NCBI RefSeq assembly: GCF_009914755.1 | Contig: NC_060925.1 | From: the human T2T-CHM13v2.0 reference genome, Homo sapiens | Length of the DNA: 64,000 nt | Strand: one strand, 5' to 3' | Part shown: positions 16,815 to 31,535 of the stretch, piece by piece | Numbering within the stretch: the first letter of the stretch is position 1 | Layout of the letters: each line of letters begins with the position of its first letter | The notes under the pieces: model-generated | The model's input: the letters and a program-made list of their open reading frames with translations, nothing else | What the model was told of the DNA's origin: nothing | The model's database searches: none | Program-made: the position numbers and the translations under genes

Positions 16815-17611
16815 GTTCCACTCCTTTCACTGATATTCCAAGAAAAAAAAGGACTAGATCAAGGTCTCCAGGCAATTTAGTTGCAGTAAAATTTCAAGGT
16901 TAATGTCTTCTCACTTTTAGTTTGATACTCCTTCTCCAAGTTGAAATGGAAAATTTCAGCTTGCCCCAAATCAAAAGTACTTTTTTTTACTTTTTCTTAG
17001 GGCAAACATGAGTGTATGTTGCTGTGTGGCAGGATACAAATGAGTAACCGTTGATCAGAAGAAGGAATTCACATCAAATTTGTATAAAGTTAAGCCAACT
17101 TGCCAAGTAGACAGCTGGGATATTAAAAGAAGTAAATGGTATAAAATGTCAAATGAATGTTTTTGACTGGCACACAGAGGTTTGAAGACATTTGGAAAGA
17201 TGCTATAATGACACACTGCTGCAAGTAACCATGAATCCTTATTGTTAAACTGGAACAAATGTCAAAATTTTGATTGGTTCAAATATCCTTCAAACCTTAA
17301 CAATGACGGCTAAAGCAATAAAGTAAAGAAAGATTCAGATCCATTACACAGGAAAGCATTGATGCCATAGAAAGGATAGTAGAATAGGATTATGAAAAGA
17401 ATATGGCCATAAGAATTCAAAAGTTTGGTTCTAAAACTAGGTTCTCCTCCTGAACAGTTGAGTGACTTGATTCTTCTCCATGTCTGGCTGTAACACAAAG
17501 AGTTGCATTAGCTTTGCAAATCTTGAACATTCTATGATGCTCTGGGGACAATATTTATCAAGACTGTGGCATTCTTTTGGGTGATAATGAGAAAATGTGA
17601 AGACAGAATAT

Positions 17612-20320
17612 TGTGATAGTTAATTTTATTTGTCAACTTGGCTGGGCCATAGGGGACCCAGATATTTAATCCAACATTATTCTGGGTGTTTCTGTGAGAG
17701 TGTTTTGGGGTGGGATTAACATTTAAATTGGTAGACTGAGTATAGCAGATTGCACTCCATAATGTGGATGGGCGTCATCCAATAAGGTGAGCTTCTGAGT
17801 AGAACAAAAGATTGACCTCCCCCAAACAAGTGAGAATTCTCCAGCCTGCCAGCCAGTGGACTCAAATGTTGACATTGAATCTGCAGATTTTGGATTTGCC
17901 AGCCTCCATAATCACAGGAACCAACTTCATATAATAAATCTCTTAATATGTATCTTCTATTAGTTCTGTTTTTCTGAAAAAGTCTTACATACAGATTTTA
18001 GTACTGAGAGTGGTTGCAGAAAAACTGTATCTTAAAGATGAATTTTCTGAATTGCTTTTGAAGTTTCTGGTATTGGAGCTCTAATCTGATCACATTTAAA
18101 TACACTAATTACTCTATATTCAGTAGTAAAGAAGAGCACTCATAGCCTATGGTGTGATCTGGCGATAGATATATACAAAATATCACAGTTGGATATTCCT
18201 AATGAATCGCTTATAAGAAGCAAGGATCTGGGAGACCATGTGAATGATATTTTTGAAAATCTTTGTCAGACAAATGATTACAATGAAATTGGATGGTTGC
18301 TTTTAATGTTACTGGCTAAAGTGGGGGGAGAAGATGAGCTCAGGAATACCAGTTCCCAGGTTAAGTGCCATATAAATGAACAGAAAGCTTCTATGTCTGC
18401 CTGAAAGAAACCCCTATCTCCTATAGCTGTAGGGCTGAGATTACTAAAAATGAAACCCAGAATCTCATACTTTGAGTGGCTGAATTATAACAAAGATTGG
18501 CTTTGCAGTCGCTTTTCCCAGCCACTTTCGTCATTCCTCAGTGGGCTCATAAGCAAAGTAACCATGGTGGCAGGGGTGGGGGTTATGCATGAACTCAGCA
18601 ACATACAGCTACTGTCCAATCTGCTAGCAGCAGGGACCAACACTGAATTCCCAATATGGCATTATTTCTGAGGTAATCTGCCAGCCACCTGGTGGCAGGT
18701 CAATTATATTGGACCACTTCCATCATGGAAGGGACTGTGTTTTGCTCTTATTGAAACAGACAGTTACTCTGGATATAGATTTGTCTTCTCTGCACACCAC
18801 TTCTGCCAAAACTACCATCTGTGGACTTATGAAATGGCTTATCCACCATCATAGATTCCATACAGCATTGTTTCTGATCAAGAAACTCACTTCTCAGCAA
18901 ATGAACTGTGGCAATGGGTCCATGATCATAGAATTCACTGATCTTATAATGTTTTCCCCCATCCTGAAACAGCAGTCTTGAAGTGGTGGAGTGGCATTTT
19001 GAAGACTCAGCATAGTGTCAGCTAGGTAGCAACACCTGCACTGCTGGGACAAGGATCTCCAGCAGCATATGCTCTGAATCAGCGTCTGCATATGCTGCTG
19101 CTTCTCTCATAGCCTGAATTCATGAGTCCAGGAATCAAGGGGTAGAAATGGGAGTGGAACCACTCACTATTGGTCCTAGTGACCATTAAAAAAAATTTTG
19201 CCTTCTATATCCATAATGATATACTCTGCTGGCCTTGACCTATTAGTTTCAAAGGGAGAAATGCTTTCACTAGAAGATTTAACAATGATTCTGTTGAACT
19301 GGAAGTTAAGACTGCCACAGGGTCACTTTGAGCTCATCATATCTGAATTAACAGGCAAGGAAGGAAGTTACTGTGGTGGTTCAGGTGATTGATCCTGACT
19401 ACAAGGGAAAATTGGACTGCTATTTTGTAATGGAGGTAAGAAAGGGTATGTCTGAAATATAGGAGACCCTTTAGGGAGTTTTCTATTATTATCACACTGT
19501 GTGGTTAAAGTAAACGGGAAACTACAGCAACCCAATTTGGGCAGGACTACTGGCCCCACCATGTAAAGAACCATGACCAGCTGAGGTGCTTGCGGAAGGC
19601 AAAGGTAATATGTAATGAGTAGTGGAAGAAGATAGTTATGAATACCAGCTATGACCATGTGACTAGTTATAGAAACAAAGACTGTAATTGTCATGAGCAT
19701 TTCTTCCTTATTTTTTGTGAATATATATGTGTGTATATAGCAAATAACTTTGTTTTCCTCCCTCTTTTATTCATTTTTCATGTAATATAAGAGGTATTTA
19801 CTTTATATCATAGTATTTAAGTATTGTTAACTTTACCTTATAGTACTAAAGTGATGGAATATCAAAGAGAAGAGCAAACATTATCTAAGGACTTTGCATC
19901 CTCTTCAGGGGAAAGGACTGGTGCATTATTCACAAGGTAGTTGTAGAATGTTAGTTGGAAGTATAAACTTGTTATTGTCTTTTTTTGTTTGGAGATTAGA
20001 CTTAGTTTATGGAGAATGTATATGGGCACCAAGTTGATAAGGGGTGTACTTATGATGGATAATTTTGTGTGTCAACTTGGAGGGTGTTTTTGGATGAGAT
20101 TAACATTTAGATTGATAAACTTTGTGTAAACAGATTGCCCTTCATACTGTGGGTGGGGCTCATCTAATCAGTGGAAGGCCTGAGTAGAACAATTGACCTC
20201 CTCCAAGTAAGGGAAAATTCTCCAGCCTACTGGCCTTCAAACTCAAACTGGTACATTGACTCTGCAGATTTTGGATTTGCTAACATCCATAATAGTGTGA
20301 GCCAATTTCTTATATTAAAA
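17612..20320 (+). mobile_element. Internally deleted ERV-L provirus: MLT2 LTR (17612-17993), gag/integrase/dUTPase remnants, MLT2 LTR (20051-about 20320)
   Basis: Two similar LTRs; integrase-like WWQVNYIGPLPSWKG near 18690; dUTPase-like LNWKLRLPQGHF near 19300; purine tract before the 3' LTR. Confidence 0.85.
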
Positions 20321-20834
20321 CTAAATTAGTAATGGAAACATGGCATACCTTGGGGATCTCAGAAAGCCTATGTGGCAATATCATTAACTTAATCAACATT
20401 GATTTGTTTATTTGACATAATGCATTGTTCCTGTAGAGTTTACCCTTCATCATCAAATGGTCCAGCAAAGTTATGTAAAAACTGAAGATTCTGTGGGAAG
20501 AGAAAAGCCTGTGCCATCATTCACTGATTTCTTCTATCTTCTGAAAATTCTCCACAAAAGTGGATATTTGTCAACTAAAGAAGGAAAAAAGAAAACCTCA
20601 ATTGATTTTACTTCACCTTAATCAACCATATTTTAGCCAGAGTTTGCCCCAAATGACTTTTGTCTGTTTTCCATGAATAAAGATTGTCACCACAGAAGAT
20701 GATGAAAAGTTTGTGCCATAGATTCTAAAAGACATTTTAACAGCCGAGTTCTGAAATTTTTTCAAGCAATAGCAGTATGATTGAATGGAGGGAATGTCTT
20801 CCAGGCTGACACTGAAAAGAATAGCACTTACTTG

Positions 20835-21035
20835 GGTATATATGATATGTATATATATATTATATATATACACACACACACATATATGATATATATATTA
20901 TATATACACACATATATATGATATATGTATTATATATATATCATATATACCCAAGTGTGTGGGTATATATATATATAATGTGTGTTACATGTCATATATA
21001 TACATATAACCTCTGACATAAATATGTGTGTGTAT
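20835..21035. repeat. (TA)n/(CA)n low-complexity tract
   Basis: Seen directly. Confidence 0.9.
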
Positions 21036-21773
21036 TTGTCCTTATGTACGTATGTTTCATTGTCATGGCTATTTTGTAGTGAAGTCAGACCTAAGACTCT
21101 AGAGCCACAAGTCAAAACAATGGAAGTAGGATGTTTGTGCAACATTCATCCCAGTGGGCAAGGAGCAGCAAAACCTCAGAAAGGCAATATGTGGAACACG
21201 GTCCCAGTGCCTTAGGATGGGACACTTAATCTTGCAGTAAGAATGGGAGTGACTTCTAAGCGAAGATGAAAATTTTTTCAGGTCCCACCCAGGTTACAAG
21301 CCTTTTCTACTAGCAGCCATGGGACTTCTATACTGCTTTCCATGGAGAAAGAGGAAAAGCCTGTTTTAGGGAACTGCATCAAATTATAGGCACAGAAATA
21401 GATGAGGATCTAGAAATGCAATTAAACCACTGTCAGCTCAATACTTGTAAGTCCAAGTTTCCAGCAACCACACAAAAGCCCGTAGGAATCTCCATAATTA
21501 ACTAGCATATTGGCAATGATGACACATGAGTGCTCAGATGGAGGTGGGCTAGTGAGGATTAACAGGCAACATGGACAGGACTGAGGTTCAGGAAGGAATT
21601 CTGGAGCCAGGTGGCAAAGAAGAGAAAGGCTGGGGCAGGATCACTTCCCTGGATGCTCTTGGCTAAGGGTTTCACCAGCTCCAGGTAACACATCACACAG
21701 GGCTATAGCTTATAATATTTTATTTGTTGAATAAGTACAGATATACATTGAAGGGTCTATGCATGTATTTTTA

Positions 21774-22804
21774 TTTTATTTTATTTTAGATTCAGTGATA
21801 CATGTGCATGTTCGTTATATGGGTATATTGCTTGCTGATGGAGATTGGGCATCTAGTGTATTCATTACCCAAATAGTGAACATTGTACCCAACAGGTAAT
21901 TTTTCAACATTCACCCCTCTCCCATCCTCTCCCCCTTTGGAATTCCCATTATTTCCATCTTTATGTCCATGTGTACCAATTGTTTAGCTCCCACTTATAA
22001 GTGAGAAGATACTGTATTTAACTGCCTGTTTCTGAATTAGTTTACTTAGGGTAATGTCTTCCAGCTCTATTTATGTTGGGGCAAATGACAGGATTTCACT
22101 CTTTTTTTATGACTATGTAGTACTCCATGGTGTATATATACCACATTTTCTTTATCCAGTCAACCACTAATGAATATTTAGTTTGATTCCATGATTTTAC
22201 TATTGTGAATAGTGCTGCAATGAACATATGGGTGCAGGTGTCTTTTTAATATAATGATTTATTTTTCTTTGGGTAAATGCCCAGTGGTGGGATTGCTGGG
22301 TTGAATGGTAGTTCTATTTTTAGTTATTTGATAAATCATCATAATGTTTTCCATAAAGGTTGAACTAACTTACATTGCCACCAACAATGTTTAAGCATTC
22401 TCCTTTTTCTGCATCCACACAAACATCTGTTGTTTTCTGACTTTTATTAATAGCCATTCTGACTAATGTAAGATGATATCCAATTGTGGTTTTAATTTGT
22501 ATTTCTCTGGTGACTAGTGATGTTGAGCATTTTTTCACGTATTTGTTGGCCGGTTGTATTTCTTCTTTTGAGAAATGTCTGTTCGTGTCCTTTGCCCAGT
22601 TTTTAATGGGGCTGTTTGTTTTTTCCTTGTTGAGTTGTTTGAGTTCCTTGTAGATTGTGGATATTAGTCCTTTGTTAGAGGCATAATTTGCAAATATTTT
22701 CTCCCATTCTGTAGGTTGTCTGTTTACTCTGTTATTTCTTTTGCTGTGCAGAAGATTTCTCGCTTAATTTAATCCCATTTGCCTATTTTTGTTTTTGTTG
22801 CATT
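21774..22804 (-). mobile_element. L1PB-like 3' fragment
   Basis: Antisense 3' UTR and ORF2 end; perfect 18-bp TSD TCTATGCATGTATTTTTA at 21756 and 22805. Confidence 0.92.
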
Positions 22805-24443
22805 TCTATGCATGTATTTTTAACCTCAAATTAACGGTTTTGTTGATCATTCTCAAGTTATGCTTCTTTTTTTTTGGCTTTATCATGTCTAGAACAACAA
22901 GAACCCTTTTTGCTATTATTAGGTGTTCCAGGCTGCTTGCGTTTCACTTAAGCTGGGTCCTCAGGACTGTCAGGGGGATAGAGCTGCTAGAGCTAGCTGG
23001 TGGGATCCAGACATGAGTGATAAATTGCCGTCTTTGAAATTCTCTTTTATGTCTTCCCTTTTCAGAAGTCAGAGTCAAGTATTGCAGGATGTCTGTGGCT
23101 TTGAATAGATGCTTCCCTGCTTGGGTGATACTTTTGCTTGTGAAGTGATTTTAAGAAAATTATCTGGGACAGTTCTCAATTGTAAGTCCTCCTCACAGTT
23201 ATCTTTCTTTCGGGAATTTGACCCACTCTTTTACCCTTCCTTCTTTGCACTCTAAGAATATGAAGGTAGAGCTTTCTTTCCAGCTGCGCTTTGGCAGGAT
23301 GAATTTACCATTGCCAATTCTGTGCAATTCCAAGCAATGTCACCAAACGTCCTTGCCCTTTTATTAATTCTGAAAATAAGATCTACTTGAGCATTGGCTC
23401 TGCAGTTAAAGAGTCACCGAAATGCCATGTCATTGTTAGAGGAAAGTTACTCTGGGAATGACCGTCAAGCTCTGGTTTTGCAGAGCTGAGGGGACTACAT
23501 GAGCTGGAGTGAAACACAATATTCCAACTGGTGCTAATTCACATTGGTTGATTTCTGGTCCTCAGCCTTTCCATCCAGATTATGGGCACAAGGACACAAT
23601 ACATAAAAATCAATTAATTTTTGTGAAGATATTTAATGAGATTAATATTGAAAAGAAATTAAAGTGAGACGAATAAAAGAGTAAAATGAGATTAAAATTT
23701 AAAAAAAGAACTCAATATCTGCAAAACCCACCTCCATCTCTGCATTTAGGGTGCAATTAAACTCAGTCCTTCAGAAATGAGTCTCTCTCTCTCTCTGTGA
23801 GAATAATGGGAAGTTCTGATTATCAAAAGATCTTAATTATTCAGAAGCTAATTATTCTGCCACTGCATTAGCTTAGTTATTCTTTCTTTCTGCTGCCTAC
23901 CTCTGGATCTTTTTCCTGACAATTAGTAGATCATGACACACAAATTTTTCACTGTGACTTCAGTTGTACAAATAAAATTGGCTTTTGTAATGATCTCCCC
24001 TCCTTTCCAACTCACTGGATAGTAGAGAAACTCAAACCTGGCCATTAACAATGTATCTGTCTTTTCCCGTTTCATCAGTCTCCTTTCATGTTAAGAACAA
24101 TTGCTTTCAGAGTTCTACAGCCTCCCCCTTCTTCTCTTAGGAAGTACCTTGGTGTATGAAGGAGTTGATAGGGTCCTTTGAATCTCTTTTAGTATCTTTT
24201 GCAGAATGGTGAGCTGGGCTTGGCTAGAACCAGCATCCTCTGAGGTGCAAATGGCCCCATCCAGCCTTTTGGAGTGTGATAGCGTTCATTGCTACTAACC
24301 ACTGACTTTGCCATTCCCTCTAGTCATTGAGTGTCGTATCCTCAGGGGCTTTCTCTTGCAGAACTTAGAACTATTCCAATCCCATGGTTTTCTTAGCACT
24401 GGGGCATGCTGCCAGCATTGGGAGGCCAGGGGCTAGTCCTCCT

Positions 24444-24475
<32 letters not shown>

Positions 24476-24743
24476 TATCTCCCTCTGTTGCTTGCGTCAT
24501 TAAGCAAGTAGCTCCTAAGTCTAGAAGTAGCACACATAACTTCTACCTACATTCCCATTGGCTGCTGAAAGTACCTCAAGCAGGTCATTTGCTATATTAG
24601 AAATCAACAGCCTTCCTCTGTTGTGCCTTGGGAAATAAGCCACTAACCCTGATGTTCTTGGTGTCCCCTATACTTTCTTGGAAGCTTCTATGGCACCTTG
24701 ACCCTACTTCTGGAGATGTACACTCAAGTCTGGGTAGAAAAGG

Positions 24744-25250
<507 letters not shown>

Positions 25251-25684
25251 GAAATGGGAATCTTGACCTTTGTCATCTTTGTTCTACTTCTGTCTCTCTC
25301 TTGCTTCCCATAATTCATATGGGAAGCTCCCCTCTTCTTTCTGTTTGGGTAAGACTTCCCTAACGGCAGACTCTTCTTCTACTTCCCAAACTTACCTTGG
25401 CTCTTCGCCCTCCCCTAGAGTTCTAGCAAAATGGCTGCCATAGAATACTGTTTACAGAGAACAGGAATGCAACACACATTGACTTAGAAATATCAAATGA
25501 TAATTCTTACTACATCTAATCTCTATCAGATGGCCAAGAGAAAAGAGAAGAGAAAAAGACAGAGAAGAGGCCATAAGATCCAAACCATTTGGTTATTAGA
25601 TGGCAATCCCACTGAATGATTTGATGGGATATTAACTAAAACTGTTGGTTTAAATGGAAGTTTTAAATAATATGAGTATACCAT

Positions 25685-25790
25685 TATATGTGTGTGCATA
25701 TATATATGTATGTATGTATATGCATGTGTGTGTATATATATATAGACATATATACACATACACAAACATGCGTGCATGCACACACACAGA
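25685..25790. repeat. (TA)/(TG)/(CA) simple repeat
   Basis: Seen directly. Confidence 0.85.
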
Positions 25791-26822
25791 GATACTCTTC
25801 CCTACTCCTCTGGATGACTGAGAGTTGGTTATAACTACCATTTAAAACAAATTGTTATTAAAAATAGATAATTGGGAGCCTAGTACATGGATGATTCATC
25901 AATAATGGTAGCAAGAAGTTGGAAGGAAACATTAAAGAAGGGGTAGCAGAAACCATAGCAGAAATTGTGCTTACACTGATACATTCCCTGACCTCTATGT
26001 GGATTCATCCCACTGAGAACATGCTGCTGGAAACACAGGAAAAGCCTGTCTTGGCGACAGCTCACGATTCCTGTTATTCACGCAGACTCCCTCCTGCTTT
26101 TCTGTTTGAACCCACTGACACCTGAATCTTTAATCTTGTGGTTCTGCATTCTGATTTCCGAAACCTGCCTCAACCCTCTTCATCTGAAGCTTCATTTGAA
26201 TCCTCTTCTCTGACTCTGACCCTCAGAATCTTCTCTCTGTGAGCATGACATTGCTTTCATCCACCTAAACCTGTGTGCAAGAGCAAGCGCCTCCTCTCCC
26301 TGCTTGCAGGATGCATACCTGCTGGACCAGCCTGCCTGGATTTCTTGCAAATGATGGGCTGGGAAGAACTGTGGAGTCACGTGCTCATCAATTCTGGCAG
26401 TGACAAAATATCTCCAACAAAAAACACTGCAGACATTCTTGCAAGACTTTACTTATCAACAGGCAAGTAGAAAACAAGTAGAATTGGCAAGTAGAAAACA
26501 GATGCAAAATTTAAATAACTTTGCATGGAGTCATAGAAAGAGAATTGGAATCAATCTTAGAAATCACCTAGTACAATGCTCATTTTTCTTAAGAGTGCAC
26601 TGAGGTATTTGAAAGTTAATGGAATTACTACTTAAGATTATATAGTTATTTGTTACCAACATTTACAATCCTACCATGTATGAATGTCATTAACATCATC
26701 ACTTGGAGGGTGGCAAGAATGCAATGTTGAATGACTGAATGTAATAGACTTACTATTGCAAGAGGCTGTTAAGTATGCCACAAATTACAACCAAATCCTT
26801 CATCTTATCTCACTAGTAGCAC

Positions 26823-27207
26823 TGTATTCGTCAGTTCGTGTTTCTTTATAGAAATACCTGAGGCTGGGTAATTTATAAAGGTTTATTTGGCTTACAGTTC
26901 TGCAAGCTGCACATGAAGCACAGTGCCAGCATCTGCTTCTGGTGAGGGCCTCAGAAAGTTTCCAATCATAGTGGAAGGCAAAGAGCCATCATGTCACGTA
27001 GCAGGAGAGGGCACAAGGGGGCGGGAGAAGGTTCCACACTCTTTTAAACAACCAGATCTTGCAAGAACTTACTCACTGCCACAAGGAGGGCACCAAGTCA
27101 TTCATGAGGGATCTGCCCCTATGACCCAAACACCTCCCACCCACCGCCAACATTAAGGATCACATTTCAACATGTGATTTGGAGGGGATACACTCCAAGC
27201 CATATCA
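26823..27207 (-). mobile_element. MST (MSTB-like) solo LTR
   Basis: TGTATT...CATATCA termini; CAGCATCTGCTTCTGGTGAGGGCCTCAG block. Confidence 0.8.
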
Positions 27208-27278
27208 AAAACTTTTAGCCAAGGATAACACATAAGGGACTTCCCTATTAAGATTAAGTGTATGAACAACAAGCATGG

Positions 27279-27750
27279 CATATGTTCATTGCAGCACTAT
27301 TCACAATAGCAAAGACATGGAATCAACCCAAATCCCCATCAATGATAGACTGGATAAAGAAAATGTGGTTACATATACACCATGGAATGCTATGCAACCA
27401 TAAAAAGGAATGAGATCATGTCCTTTTCAGTGACGTGGATGGAGTTGTAAGCCATTATGCTCAGCAAACTAACACAGAACAGAAAGCCAAACACCACATA
27501 TTCTCACTTATAAGTGGGAGCTAAACAATGAGAACACATTGACACAGGGAGAGGAACAACACACACTGGAGCCTGTTGGGGGAGGGTGTGCGTGGGGGGA
27601 GAGCATCAGGAAAAATAGCTAATGCATGCTGGGCTTACTACTCGGTGATGGGTTGATAGGTGCAGCAAACCACCATGGCACACGTTTGCCTACGTAACGA
27701 GCCTGCACATCCTGCACATGTATCCCAGAACTTAAACTTTAAAAAGAAAA
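27279..27750 (+). mobile_element. L1PA 3' fragment
   Basis: ORF2 end and 3' UTR with A-tail; flanked by AAGAT(T/A)AAGTGTATG near-TSD. Confidence 0.88.
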
Positions 27751-29368
27751 AGATAAAGTGTATGTCTGTTTCCCCCTAGATGATGTGTGTCCTTAGGATT
27801 AAAGAGTGTGCCTCATTCACATTTGCCTCATGACTAATACTGTGTTTGACCAGAGTCAGTGTTTAGCAAATTCTCAGTAATTTAAATGGAATGAAAAGGG
27901 ACCATTCCTCTGTTTTGCTGTAATGCGTGAATTCCTAATTTGAGGTCCATAGGTGATCTTCAGAATGTCTGTGAATTTCCTGAAATAACATTCTAAATTG
28001 TACATGTGTGTGTTTGCACTTATACATCCCTGCTCACTCCAGGAGACATTACGGTTTTTGGCAGCAGCATCTCAAAGGGATTAAAAGATTAGTTTAGCAA
28101 AGGAAAGACTGACATGTTGAATGCACGTGTTGACTCACTGAGTTCCCCTGCAGTCTTCGGAGGTCCTGGAGGGCACGGGGCCAAAACAGCTAGAAATGGG
28201 AATTCCTCCAAACAGAAGCTTCGGCATCACTGAAGAGAGGGAAATGGCTCAGAGTGATCATGATGGAGTGGTTGTAACTCTCCAGCACCTATTGGAGAAC
28301 AAAACAAGATAAATCACAGTGAGCCTAAGGGCAAGAGGCACAAAGTCTGACTCCACCTTTCTCCAACAGAAGAGCTGTGGACAAATATCTGTACCTTCTC
28401 TCATTCCTCTTTCTCCATACAGAGATTTGTTATTTCTCTCCACTCATATGACATTCCTGCCTCAATGAATCAATGAAACATTATTAGAAAGGAACAAACA
28501 AACATTAAATAAAGTTCAAAATGGAAGTGATTCATGTGCTTAAGCTATTTAAGCCAGATGCCACATAAAGTATTTCTCACTGAAAAAGACCCCAGGATTA
28601 GCTGACTACTCAAGTCTTTTCTCGAAAACCTAATGTATTTAATTGTGAGGAATCTTATATTGGTTACTTGTCCATGTAGAGGGCAAAGTCACAAACACCT
28701 CCCCTAAGATGTATGATGCTTAAAGAATTTACATTTATTTGTAGACATTCTGTTTGAAATTAGTTTCCTGTGTCTACTGATATCTGTTCGGGTTAAAACT
28801 GAAATTGTTTTAATTCCCAGAGCCCATACACACTGACAAGAGTTGAAAATTTTGATACATGCTGGCAGGCAGGAATCAGCTTAGAATTTAAAATATGAAG
28901 TGGATATTTCACAAAGCAGATAAAATGCACGTGTAGGTGATAAATTATTAGGAACGGAGGGAGGGGCAGAGTAAGAATTTTTTTAAATAATTTGGGCCAT
29001 ACATTTATTGCACTTAATTTGCAATATAGAAAGTAATCACTTCTTCCTCTGAATTCTTACAGAACTTTCTGTTTAACTTAAGCACCCTGTACTTTTTTCA
29101 CCTTTATTTTCATTATTTGTGTTTGTGTCTTGTCTTCTGCTGCCTTGTAATTCCTTGAGGACAGAGCTTTCAGCTTTTATAGTATTCAGTGTGCCGGAAA
29201 ATGTTGGAAAGATACAAGAGGATTGTTTTTTTCTGAATTAACTTTTCTTTCTTTTTCGTTTTCTGTGAATCAACAAAAATGCCAGAAACATGAACCATAT
29301 AGATAAGCAGAAACATAGAGCCAAGTAAAAGGTGAGAGGAGAACCATAAAAAATTTGTGCTAGTACAT

Positions 29369-30845
29369 TGTATTATTCAAGGTGAGCTAGATAATGCTTT
29401 TATGCTGCAGCAACAAAGAAACTTGAAAATGTCAGTGGCTTACCACCCATGAAAAGTTTTAGTTTTATATTTTAACACAATTAAAGTTTTGCTTTTTTTA
29501 TCATGAAATATCCAAAGAGTTTGTTCCTGATTAGGTGGCTCTCCAAGGCAGCTCTCTTCCAGATGAAGACTCAGGGACCCAGGTTCCTTCCTCCTAGTGG
29601 CTTCATTATTCTCAGCATCAAAACAGAGAGAGCATGTAAAGTATTTCTCAAGAAGTCACAGGGAACAAGTGTGCAAGTAGCACACATAACTTCCACACAA
29701 GTTCCAGTGTCAATAATGCATTTCATGGCTTCACTTTTAAGGGAGGATCAGACATGTAATCTTATGCCCAGGTTAGGGTATATAAGATGGGTGAAATAGG
29801 ATGAAAAATATAAAGCATTATCTGCCACAGTGACCAAATATTCATTTTATCACTATTTGAGCTTATATGCTCATTCCTCCCCTTAACAACAACGACAAAG
29901 ACTCCACATTTCATTGAATCATTGTATCTAGTTCAAAGTCCAGGATCTCTCAGTGATGTAAGTTTTTAATTTTCCTCTTCCTAGATTCAAATGTGACTTC
30001 TTAAAGCAATCTTTAAGAAAACATAAAATTATCTGGTTGTTTATACACACTCAAAACATAATCATGGAATAATGACAGATGCCAGCATCAAATACTCCCT
30101 GGCGAAAAGGGAAGGGAATAGATAGAAAACACTGATCTAGAGCATGATGAAATTCTGTAGAGAAGGCTTTGGAATGGCTCCCTACTGTCGGGATAGGCAT
30201 AATTATTTAACTAAATCCTGCTACTGATTTTAAGAAGAAATCTCTTGTCCACTTTTCCCCATCACTCTTGGTTCAGTCCTTTGGGAAGTTTTTTTTTTTT
30301 TTTTCCGTTTTCCTCCTTGGCTACAACAGAAATTAGCATTGAGGAGAATGCTCTCCATGAGATCTATAAAGCTTTTGCAGTCTGCTTCCTGTCCTAAGTC
30401 AGAGCCCAAACATAGTATGAGGTGTCTAATAGTCAAAGGCATTTTTAGTTGGAACTTATGTTTCTTTGGCTGTATATTTCTCTTAAAAATGTATCTGTTG
30501 GCTTCCAGTTGGTTCTATGTGCCATCAACTATGCCCCAATTTTTTTTGCTAGACATAGTTTTCATGTCTGCCTTACTTCTTTGCTTTCTCTTCGAAAATT
30601 ATTGCCTTTTAATTTAAAGGCAACTACACTGAGGCTAGTAGGACTGGGAAGATTCACGTTTCATTTTTCAAAGCCTTCAAAGTCTCATATCATACTCTTT
30701 GGAGTCTAGAAGCAAATGGCTTTATCAGTCCTGCATGACTCTGAATTTCTAGACAGTATCTGTTTCTTTTCTTTTCCTCTTACAAGTTGGCATTCTCTCT
30801 GGAACTCATCTCTTTCTTATAATGCCTTAACAAACACAGATGATA
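29369..30845 (-). mobile_element. Old MLT1 LTR plus adjoining MLT1 internal remnant
   Basis: TGTATTATTCAAGG...TATGCTGCAGCAACAAA...CAGTGGCTT LTR end; TCAAAGTCCAGGATCTC internal motif. Confidence 0.45.
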
Positions 30846-30850
30846 GTAGC

Positions 30851-31210
30851 CAATATGGTTTGGCTCTGTGTCCCCACCCAAATCTCACCTTGAATTGTAA
30901 TAATCCCCATGTGTCATGAGAGGGACCAGGTGGGAGGTAATTGAATCATGAGGGCGGATTTTTTCCATGCTGTTCTCATGATAGTGAATAAGTCTCATGA
31001 TATCTGATGGTTTTATAAAAGGGAGTTCCCCTGCACAAGCTCTCTTGCCTGCTGCCATGTAAGACATGACTTTCCTCCTCATTCACCTTCCACCATGATT
31101 ATGAGGCCTCCCCAGTCATGTGGAACTGTGAGTTCATTAAACCTATTTTTCTTTATAAATTACTCAGTCTTGGTATATCTTTATTAGCAGTGTAAGAACA
31201 GAATAATACA
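30851..31210 (+). mobile_element. THE1 solo LTR
   Basis: ATATGGTTTGGCTCTGTGTCCCCACCCAAATCTCA...AATACA; 5-bp TSD GTAGC. Confidence 0.92.
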
Positions 31211-31535
31211 GTAGCCAACACAGAGGAATACTTTGAAACATGTAGCATTGTCTTTGCTACAATTATGTCACAGTCATATTTGAGGATATTGATCTTAACT
31301 GATCTGGTCAAATATTTGCAGAATCTGAGTAAAGACTTTGTTTTCTAATGCACATTGTGCAACATTAGAAATCTACTTTTCTTTCCATGATAGTGGTTAA
31401 TCCACCAATAATATTTACTTAGTCATTGAGAATGGGAAGAGTTAGAAAAGATGAAAAACATGATGCCTAAATTAAAAGAGGCTGCCATTTATTGGGACAT
31501 AATAAACAAAATGCAGTACGTGTGGGCATATATCT

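Noticed and set aside
16522-16903. Lys/Glu/Arg-rich and Phe/Leu/Ser-rich ORFs
   Set aside because: Translations of the GAAA/GGAA simple repeat.
18189-19392. Functional retroviral gag/integrase/dUTPase genes
   Set aside because: Multiple stops and frameshifts; only short remnants remain.
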